A DNA stretch of 20,471 bases from Octopus sinensis (lineage: Eukaryota), in assembly GCF_006345805.1 (NCBI RefSeq), contig NW_021823961.1, positions 1 to 20,471 of the forward strand. The letters run 5' to 3'. Below the pieces are notes generated by a model. That model made no database searches, was not told the origin of the DNA, and was given only the letters and a program-made list of their open reading frames with translations. Position numbers and translations under genes: made by a program. Positions 11,131-20,471 of the stretch are shown one piece after another. The first letter of the stretch is position 1. Each line of letters begins with the position of its first letter.

Positions 11131-12081
11131 CATTTCTTCCCAACCGGGGTCCATATGATCCCTGTTGGGGCCTATATACGATTGTTGTGGGTTCCCGCAA
11201 GCAAAACAGCAAAATTTTGTTTTAGATGTAATTTATTCTTTTCTACTCTAGGAACAAGGCCCGAAATTTTTGGGGAAGGTGGCCTGTCGATTAGATCGAC
11301 CTCAGTGCGAAACTGGTACTTCATTTATCAACTCCGAAAGGATAAAAGGCAAAGTCGACCTGGGCGGAATTTGAACTCAGAACGTAAAGACAGGCGAAAT
11401 ACCTATTTCTTTATTACCCACAAGGGGCTAAACACAGAGGGGGACAAACAAGGACAGACATAGGTATTAAGTCGATTACATCGACCCCAGTGCGTAACTG
11501 GTGCTTAATTTATCGACCCCGAAAGGATGAAAGGCAAAGTCGACTTCGGCGGAATTTGAACTCACAACGTAAAGACAGGCGAAATACCGCTAGGCATTTC
11601 GCCCAGCGTGCTGACGTTTCTGCCAGCTCGCCGGCCTGTAGCATCTTTTCTACTCCAGGCACATGACCCGAAATTTTTGGGAAGGGGATACGTCGATTAA
11701 ATCGACCCCAATACCCAACCGGTACTTAATTTATCAACCTAGAGAGGATGAAAGGCAAAGTTGACCTGGGCGGAATTTGAACTCAGGACGTTAAAGACCG
11801 ACGAAATGCCGCTGAGCATTTCGCCCGGCGTGCTAACGTTTCTGCCAGCTCGCCGCCTTTTTTTTTAGATGTATTCATTGCAAGCGACATCTTGGTTTCT
11901 TTGTCTCATGTTGTTTTGCATCGTTCAAACAACAGGGGTTAATGTGTTTAACTGCAAAAGAGGAATTTCGAAAGAAGTTTTCTACAAAGCTAATATTTAA
12001 ACATCGAATGGTTATTGGGATCCACCAGAATAAAATAATAACGGAAGGGGTCAATAGGTAAGAAGCGGTTGAATACCACTG
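11131..12081. mobile_element. hAT (Charlie/Buster-like) MITE interrupted by SINEs
   Basis: Ends catttcttcccaacc / ggttgaataccactg (imperfect TIR). 8-bp TSD agaTAgat (11123-11130) / cgaTAgat (12082-12089) with central TA. Confidence 0.7.
11236..11858 (-). mobile_element. Nin/Deu-like SINE cluster: dimer (11236-11633) plus monomer (11645-11858)
   Basis: Closely reverse-complementary to 7471-8072. Flanked by ttttagatgta at 11220-11230 and 11863-11873. Confidence 0.85.
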
Positions 12082-12749
12082 CGATAGATAGTGGGAATAA
12101 AATGGCTGGAAACAGAGAGAGAGAGAGAGAGAGAGAAAAGTGCCATGCATAGAAATAGGATTACATAAAGAAGTTGCAAAATAAAATTAAGTACCAGTGT
12201 AAAACCAGTATGGGTCTTCTTTGAGTTGGGAAGGGATTGATCGACAGGAATTGAGGCAGTTAAAGTAGCAGTTAAAGTGAGGAAAGGGGAAAAATAATGA
12301 CGTTCTGGCTTCAGGTTGTTTATCGAAGAAGAGACGAGGGAAGAGAGACGAGAGAAGAGAGAAAAGAAAAAGAGTTCTTTGTGATGAGATCTGGGAACCA
12401 TGGAGACTTCGGTTCGTAACATGAACGAATGACGGTATGTAGTTAGGTTAGAGTTAGTATTAAACGCAGCGAACAGATAGACTAATAAGAAATAACTATG
12501 AAGAGAAGGAAATATATGTTTGTCGTTTTGGCAAGTAAAGAGAGAGAAAAGGAAGGCGAGAGAAAGAGAGAGATGAGGGGGAGAAAAAGAGGGAAAGAGA
12601 GGAGGAGTGGGAAGAGATAGGAAAGCAATAATAAAATGTGAAGATACAGAGATAGGTGGCCGGTAGAGGGCGGAAGGAGGAGTTAAATCCGTGAGAGAAG
12701 TGGGGAACAGAACAGGAAAAACGTGACACAGAAGGATGTCGCCGGTATA

Positions 12750-12972
12750 CGAGGTGCGTCCAAAATGTATCCGACTTCATTTTTTTTACCCCCCCCCAGA
12801 CAAAACTAATGCCGCGCGCGTGGGTAATATTCTTTTGGGCACGTGCTGACACCTCCTTTCCTGCACATGTGCGAAAATGTTTGCGCCGCTAGGTTGCGTT
12901 AGTTCTCGGTTGTTACGCCTCGAGAGCAAACGTGTAGTGCGCGCTCGTCGGATTTTCGTGTTCATGCATGGT
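12750..12972 (+). mobile_element. mariner-type transposon terminal fragment (single TIR)
   Basis: TA|CGAGGTGCGTCCAAAATGTATCCGACT, a mariner-like terminus. CpG-rich body ends at a microsatellite. Confidence 0.6.
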
Positions 12973-12983
12973 GACCTAACGCT

Positions 12984-13381
12984 TCTATCTATCTGTCGGT
13001 CTATCTGCTTACCTACCTACATACCTACCTATCTGCCTACCTATCTACCTACCTACCTACCTACCTACCTACCTACCTACCTACCTACCTACCTACCTAC
13101 CTACCTCTCTCTCTCTCTCAATCTATCTATCTACCTACCTACCTACCTACCTACCTACTACCTCTCTCTCTCTATGTATCTGCTTATCTATCTACCTCTC
13201 TCTCTCTCAATCTATCTATCTATCTACCTATCTATCTGATTATCTATCTACCTCTCTCTCTCTCAATCTATCTATCTATCTACCTATCTATCTGCTTATC
13301 AACCTACCTACCTACCTACCTACCTATCTACCTACCTACCTACCTACCTAGCCCCCCTCTCTCTCTATCTATCTACCTATC
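12984..13381. repeat. Compound (CCTA)n/(TCTA)n/(CT)n microsatellite
   Basis: Seen directly. Confidence 0.95.
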
Positions 13382-13931
13382 TTCATAATACAAATTCTAT
13401 TTGTACGAAACCCAACGGACACATTCACAAAGAATTTATCACAAAGAGTTCTAAGAAGGGATGCAATCACTGCAGATACTTGATAGCATCAGCAAGAACT
13501 CTCTCTCTCTCTCTGTCTCTCTTTCACTCTCGCCCCCTCCCCCCTCTCTCCTACCTCCTTGTGTAAAGGGAGTTAATCCTTAGAGATATTTCTGTTGTAT
13601 TATAATGAATTATAAATAAAACATAAAAGGTGTGACAATTCTGATCTAAATTTATCTTTAAGCAATCGATGACAATGTGAGATGCTATCGGGAATAGATA
13701 GGATCTGTAAATATTGGAGATGAATCTTTAATGAAAGTCGTGACCATCTATAATAATAAAATCAATGGAGCGTATACGAGTGTGCCTCGACTAAGTCGTT
13801 GGTCATGCTAGACATAGTAGCGACAATCGATGTCACGTCTCGTCTTATAGTCATTCAGGAAAGAAGGTTGTGGAAAAAGAAGGTATTCGGGGATATAAAA
13901 TATCTGGTTGGTCACGACAGGAGCAGTTTTA

Positions 13932-14834
<903 letters not shown>

Positions 14835-14862
14835 TCAACAACGAGTATATAAAAACACGTAA

Positions 14863-15003
14863 ATACATACATACATACATACATACATACATACATACAT
14901 ACATACATACATACATACACACATACACACATACACACACACATACATACATACATACATACATACATACATACATACATACATACATACATACATACAT
15001 ACA
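14863..15003. repeat. (TACA)n microsatellite
   Basis: Seen directly. Further tracts at 15432-15652, 17391-17432, 17778-17965, 18058-18262. Confidence 0.95.
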
Positions 15004-15230
15004 TGGGATATATAACACACTGCCTAAATACCAATCTTGAGAAATTAGGCTTCTTAAAACCAGAAAGGAGAAAGCTAATTCGAAGATTACAGATTCAATC
15101 CATCACTGAAACTGTAAAAATCTGTAAAACTTTCCAGAAGAAGTTTATCATTTAAATATATACGAGCATGTCTAGATATGTAACTATATGTATGAGAATA
15201 CATACATAAGACATACAAATCCGCACATAC
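15003..15230 (+). mobile_element. 3' fragment of an RLE-type LINE embedded in (TACA)n
   Basis: 15006-15155 reads GYITHCLNTNLEKLGFLKPERRKLIRRLQIQSITETVKICKTFQKKFII*, paralleling the C-terminus of the Dong-like ORF at 2575-2707. Confidence 0.6.
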
Positions 15231-15238
15231 ATACATAC

Positions 15239-15430
15239 ATCATCATCATCATTGTTCGACCGTGGTCGAGACAATGGAATTTACCATGCTACGCCAGACT
15301 TCACGGTCCATCATGGCATTACGGAGGTCCTGTTGCTGGATGCCTGTATCCCTGGAGATTACATCAGGGTAGGAGAGTGTGTGCCCTCTGGTATTGCGAG
15401 TAGATGGCTTCCAGAGGAGAAGAGGAGAAA

Positions 15431-15432
<2 letters not shown>
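15239..15432 (-). mobile_element. RTE-clade LINE 3' end with (TGA)n tail
   Basis: LLLWKPSTRNTRG..LSYPDVISRDTG....LRNAMMDREVWRSMV resembles the RTE ORF C-terminus (W.P...RG...D...D...A.DR..WR). Stop is followed by TGA repeats. Confidence 0.75.
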
Positions 15433-15461
<29 letters not shown>

Positions 15462-15659
15462 CATACATACATGCATGCATGCATATGTACATGCATGCAT
15501 ACATACATGCATACATACATGCATACATACATGCATATATACATACATAGATAGATGGGATGTGTAACACTCTGCCTAAATACCAATACCATACATACAT
15601 ATATACGTACATACGTAGTACATACATACATATATACATACATGCATACATATAAACAA

Positions 15660-15770
15660 AAAAATACTGTTGTTGATGCTGAAATTCCAATGAAGGACTC
15701 TTGTATCTAGGTTAGAAACCAGTTCTTTCTCTATTGGCAAGAAATCTTGAAATAAACTGAATAATGACAT
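15660..15770 (+). mobile_element. Putative 3' terminus of the TACA-associated retroelement
   Basis: tgttgatgctgaaattcca...ttggcaagaaatcttgaaataaactgaa-taatgacatac. Second copy at 17968-18053. Confidence 0.6.
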
Positions 15771-15863
15771 ACATTATTCAGTAGAGAAACAAACGAAAAG
15801 CGAAAGAAAAAAAAGAGCAAAAACCATCCGAGAACCAATTATTTTTACAATGAATGTCTTTAC

Positions 15864-15961
15864 CGATGTATGAATCTATTCTTAGCCAAATGTTGACATC
15901 CTTTTGCAACATGCAAGGTAAAGGTCATCAGGTCTCTGGTGCTAATTGTAGGGGTCGCATC
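15864..15961 (-). CDS. ALK: ALK/LTK-family RTK, kinase exon (98 bp; DATPTISTRDLMTFTLHVAKGCQHLAKNRFIH-R), equivalent to human ALK exon 24; upstream exons lie outside the window
   Basis: Minus strand ctctgacag|GAT...CAT CG|gtaaag. Manual translation resembles ALK '[24 protein letters not shown]'. Phase 0 to phase 2, joining the next exon as CG+A=Arg of HRD. Confidence 0.9.
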
Positions 15962-16178
15962 CTGTCAGAGAAAAAGGTAGATTTTTATTAGAGTGGTGTC
16001 ATCGTAAACGATGATGAGTGATATTCATAAACAGTAATAATCAGCAAAATTCTTGGTTTGCAAGTGTTTTATGCACACACAAGCACGCATGCTCACAATC
16101 GCACAAACGCATTCATTTGCGTACACATACATATTGATACACACACACACGCACACGCTCGCATACACACACATCTTA

Positions 16179-16434
16179 CAGTAATGCCTCGCGATATCGC
16201 GGTTCACCTATCGCGGTTCCCCTATCGCGGTTCCCCTATCGCGGTTTATTATTTAAGCTTACGTCGATTCCTCCGTGGTGTTGTTTTGCATTTATAATAA
16301 AATAAATATATACAACTTGCAAAAATAAAAAAAATTAAAAAATATATATATACAGTACTCATTCTACTTCGCGGATTTTCACAATTCGCGGGGGATTTTG
16401 GAACGTAACCCCCGCGATAGTCGAGGGATTATTG
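16179..16434. mobile_element. pogo/Tigger-like MITE (256 bp), TA TSD
   Basis: TA|CAGTAATGCCTCGCGATATCGCGG ... CCGCGATAGTCGAGGGATTATTG|TA. Confidence 0.82.
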
Positions 16435-17189
16435 TATAGCTATCGAAATATACGTCTAAATAAGCATAAAATTTTATTTACAGAGTCTACCACTACCGCC
16501 ACCGCCGCCGCTACAACCACTACCAACCCCTACGGCCACTGCCTACACTACTGTCTCTCTCTCTCCCCCGCCAGCAGTTCTCTGACCACATCTCTTCCCG
16601 TATCAAACGACATCTCTCCTCCTCCTCCATCTGCAGTCACCACCTTCCAGTGAGTTTCGGTGCTCTCAACCTCTTTCAATCTCTCGCTGCCCCAGACTTA
16701 CCAGTGCAGAAACCGATTACTAATAAACATCACCAACACGCTGATCTTAATCAGATTACACCAGTGATTATAAAATATTTTTGTCTCGTTTCATCAATGC
16801 ACCAATTTTGCTTCCCGATTACACAATAGACTAAAATATATTTTAGAATAACATTCGCCATAAAATAAATTTCTAATGAATTGATTAGAACGTTGCCCTC
16901 TCATGTACATTTTCTGTTTATTCTTTGTTCTGGAATTGTTTTTCCTTGTTGTTGGTGTTGCTCTGTTTAACCCGAGATTAGTGCTGATCGAGCAGAATTT
17001 TTTTATTAAAACTGGTTCAGCTGCAAACGTCTGTTTTCTGGTTTAAAAAAAAAATTAATTTTTTTTTAGTTTTTTGCTCGTAGACGTCATGTATTCCATA
17101 CTGTGCTATCTAGTGCAAACTGACAAACTATATATCTTTTAAAGATGGTAAAGTGACTGAAAACTGTACTGAAGCCTGTCGTACCTATA

Positions 17190-17381
17190 CGAAGGCTTGC
17201 TGAAAAGTTCCTGGCCGTGGGTAAAAGAAAATACGGGAGGGTCAGTTAATTATGATTTTATTCAACATATTCGACTTTCAGGTTCACATACGTATTGCAG
17301 CGGTCCTTCAGGTTTTCTAAGCCCTGTAAAAGAACTCAGAATGTTGGGCCTTCAACCAAGGTTTTCGCGATATCCTTAAAG
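17190..17381 (-). mobile_element. mariner 3' fragment: TIR plus decayed transposase C-terminus
   Basis: TA|CGAAGGCTTGCTGAAAAGTTC terminus. Minus strand reads WLKAQHSEF, frameshift, LQGLENLKDRCNTYVNLKVEYVE*, like the mariner end G..KL..RW..C....G.YVE*. Confidence 0.72.
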
Positions 17382-17436
17382 AATCCTTTTTATGTATGTA
17401 TGTATGTATGAATGTATGTATGTATGTATATATGTA

Positions 17437-17777
17437 GGAGAAGGCGCATGGCTCAGTAGTTAGAGCGTCGAGCTTACGATCGTGAGGTTGTGAGTTCGAA
17501 TCCCGGACCAGGCTGCATGCTGTGTTCTTGAGCAAGACACTTTATTTCACGTTGCTCCAGTTCACTCAGCTGTAGAAATGAGTTGTGATGTCACAAGTTC
17601 CAAGCTGTATCGGCCCCTTTGCCTTTCCCTTGGATAGCATCAGTGGTGTGGAGATGGGTCGCTGGTATGCATGGGCGACTGCTGGCCTTCCACAAACAAC
17701 CTTGCCCGGACTTGTGCCTGGAAGGGTAACTTTCTAGGTGCAATCCCACGGTACGTCATGACCGAAAGGGGTCTCAA
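17437..17777 (+). mobile_element. Full-length tRNA-derived SINE inserted in (TATG)n
   Basis: A box TGGCTCAGTAG, B box AGTTCGAATCC, then tgtgttcttgagcaagacact. A related truncated head lies at 18279-18322. Confidence 0.85.
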
Positions 17778-17967
17778 TGTATGTATGTATGTATGTATGT
17801 ATGTATGTATGTATGTATGTATGTATGTATGTATGTACGTACGTATGTATGTACGTACATACATACATACGTACGTACGTACGTACATACATACATACAT
17901 ACATACATACATACATACATACACACACAAACATACATACGCACACACACACATACACACAAACATA

Positions 17968-18053
17968 CCCTATTGTTGACGTTGAAATTCCAGTGAAGGA
18001 GCCTTGAATCTAGGTTTCTCTTTTGGCAAGAAATCTTGAAATAAAACTGAACA
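17968..18053 (+). mobile_element. Second copy of the TACA-associated retroelement terminus
   Basis: tgttgacgttgaaattccagtgaagga...ttggcaagaaatcttgaaataaactgaa, between TACA/CA repeats. Confidence 0.6.
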
Positions 18054-18056
18054 GTG

Positions 18057-18105
<49 letters not shown>

Positions 18106-18214
18106 TACACATACACACACATACATACATACATACATACATTACATACATACGTACGTACATACATACATACGTACGCATGTATGTATGTACGCATGTA
18201 TGTATGTATGTATG

Positions 18215-18245
<31 letters not shown>

Positions 18246-18329
18246 GTACGTATGTTTGTGTGTGTTAGTGCACGTGTGTGAAGGTGCGTGGCTTAGTGGT
18301 TAGGGTATTCGGCTCACGATCGCACACAC

Positions 18330-18363
<34 letters not shown>

Positions 18364-18847
18364 CACACACACATACTCTCACACACACACACACAACATT
18401 TGCGTTGGAACGATCTCGTAACTGGAGTTGACTGTTTTTCCATACTTCACGAATATACAGCTATAGCAGAATGAGTTTGGAAGATTGCTTTACAATCATG
18501 AGGTTCCCCAGTTCGATCTCATGTCATGCCATCTTTAAAAAGTGCCTTTTGGCTTTGAATGTACCCGTGATTCAAATGGGTCAACCTTGTCGTATGTTGC
18601 TTCCAACTGATTCCATTTGAAAATTACGCAAGGGGTACACGTATCTACGGAATATTCAGCCACTTACGCGTTAACTTCATCATAGATCAGTTCAAAATGA
18701 CTGAACATAAAGGTACTCATCGTCGCAAACGACGGAGAACCCTGTGTCAAGACTCCACAGTTGCGCCGTCATAATTCGCGCTTCTGTCGACGCTGATTTA
18801 TTTCTCATAGACACACACACATTTATATATGTGTTTGTATATATATA

Positions 18848-19050
18848 TACTCTTTTACTTGTTTCAGTCATTTGACTGCGGCCATGCTGGAGCACCGCCT
18901 TTAGTCGAGCAAATCGACCCCGGGACTTATTCTTTGTAAGCCCAGTACTTATTCTATCGGTCTCTTTTGCCGAACCGCTAAGTGACGGGGACGTAAACAC
19001 ACCAGCATCGGTTGTCAAGCAATGCTAAGGGGACAAACACAGACACACAA

Positions 19051-19083
<33 letters not shown>

Positions 19084-19245
19084 CATATATACGACAGGCT
19101 TCTTTCAGTTTCCGTCTACCAAATCCACTCACAAGGCATTGGTCGGCCCGGGGCTATAGCAGAAGACACTTGCCCAAGATGCCACGCAGTGGGACTGAAC
19201 CCGGAACCATGTGGTTGTTTAGCAAGCTACTTACCACACAGCCCA
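18848..19245 (-). mobile_element. tRNA-derived CORE-like SINE, second copy
   Basis: tactcttttacttgtttcagtcatttgactgcgg...gggactgaacccggaacc. B-box GGTTCAGTCCC on the minus strand; matches 703-1128. Confidence 0.8.
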
Positions 19246-19329
19246 CACACAAACCACACACACCACACACACCTATATTATATATTACTCACCTCTATAC
19301 ACTTTTTTATATATATTATATATCATTAT

Positions 19330-19374
<45 letters not shown>

Positions 19375-19535
19375 ATGCTATGTGTGTGTTGTGGTGTGTG
19401 TGTGTGTGTGTGAGTGTGCTACGATACTGATTGAAACAACCGTCTGGAGGTGAGTCATAATCTCCATGAACAGATTTGATTGTTTGAGGTGAAGACATCT
19501 CCTACAACACCCCGAATATCTTTATGATGTTAAGA

Positions 19536-19577
<42 letters not shown>

Positions 19578-19955
19578 CTCTGTGTGTGTGTGTGTGTATA
19601 ATTGCGTTACACAAAGACGCATATACACACATATGTATGTATTTATATATTCTCTTTCTCATATTTTTATATAATGAATTTTGAATGTATATACATGCAA
19701 TAATACACACTCACACACACACACACATACACGCAGACACACATGAATACATATGTGTGTGTGTATGCATTTTTGCATATAATTATGTGTGTATGTATAT
19801 ATGTCTATATGTATATAATATATATATATATATACATGTGTATATAATATACACACCCGCAGGCACATATGAATATGCATGTGTATGTGTGTATATATAT
19901 AATATATATAGAATATACACACACGGAGGCACATATGAATATGCATGTGTGTACG

Positions 19956-19990
<35 letters not shown>

Positions 19991-20070
19991 GATATATATA
20001 TATATATATATAATACACACAGGCACATATGAATATGCATCTGTGTATGTGTGTATATATATATATATAG
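19245..20070. repeat. CA/TA/TG low-complexity region with a recurring 24-bp core aggcacatatgaatatgcat(g/c)tgt
   Basis: Core at ~19861, ~19929, ~20021; degenerate copy at ~19735. Confidence 0.8.
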
Positions 20071-20471
20071 TAATATATTAATTATATCTATGTATGTATG
20101 TCAGCACCCAAATCCTATATTTATATATATATCATCGTTTTATATACAGCTACTCATCAAAGCAGAAGTTCTCAAACATCGATTTATCGATTGTCCGTCA
20201 GCCATGCGTATCATCCAGGCCATTAGAACAGAGAGATATTTAAGTCAGTTAGCTATAGCAAGCCATATATTATTTAATAAATGATGGGTCAGATAACGAT
20301 GAGATACTTGCTTAAGCCTTTAATCCGCATGGATGAGGACCGGGGATTGCTATCGGCTTATAATTTGTTACTTTAGATATCCTGATAGGAAACTAATGCA
20401 TACAACACGAGATTGAGCGCTCTTGGTCACACACTCTGGCCCAAGCTTATGTGCGCGCGCACATACATGTG

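Noticed and set aside
19316-19530. Complex island / 60-aa ORF as the preceding ALK exon
   Set aside because: No resemblance to the expected subdomain IV-V sequence (H.NIV...G....LELM.GGDL). That exon appears to lie beyond the window.
15188-20284. Many YVCM/HTYI/IYIY ORFs
   Set aside because: Microsatellite translations without coding signal.

Overview
Eukaryotic, AT- and microsatellite-rich genomic DNA. The repeat repertoire suggests an octopus or other coleoid cephalopod (inference). The window holds the 3' end of an ALK/LTK-family receptor tyrosine kinase gene on the minus strand. Five kinase-domain exons (98, 93, 102, 135, 91 bp; all GT-AG; splicing in frame; sizes matching human ALK exons 24-28 as I recall them) are followed by a 1191-bp terminal coding exon with a long low-complexity tail. 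The introns and downstream flank are a nested mosaic of mobile elements: Nin/Deu-like, CORE-like and other tRNA-derived SINEs; R4/Dong-type and RTE LINE 3' ends lodged in microsatellites; a non-autonomous Helitron with a triplicated 5' part; a hAT MITE interrupted by SINEs; a pogo/Tigger-like MITE; two mariner fragments; and a ~690-bp GAA tract. Most notable hypothesis: inverted SINE clusters bracket the two phase-2/2 exons of 102+135 nt, and back-splicing them would give a stop-free 237-nt circle whose junction creates GCC AT|G. Most ORF-track entries are repeat artefacts.
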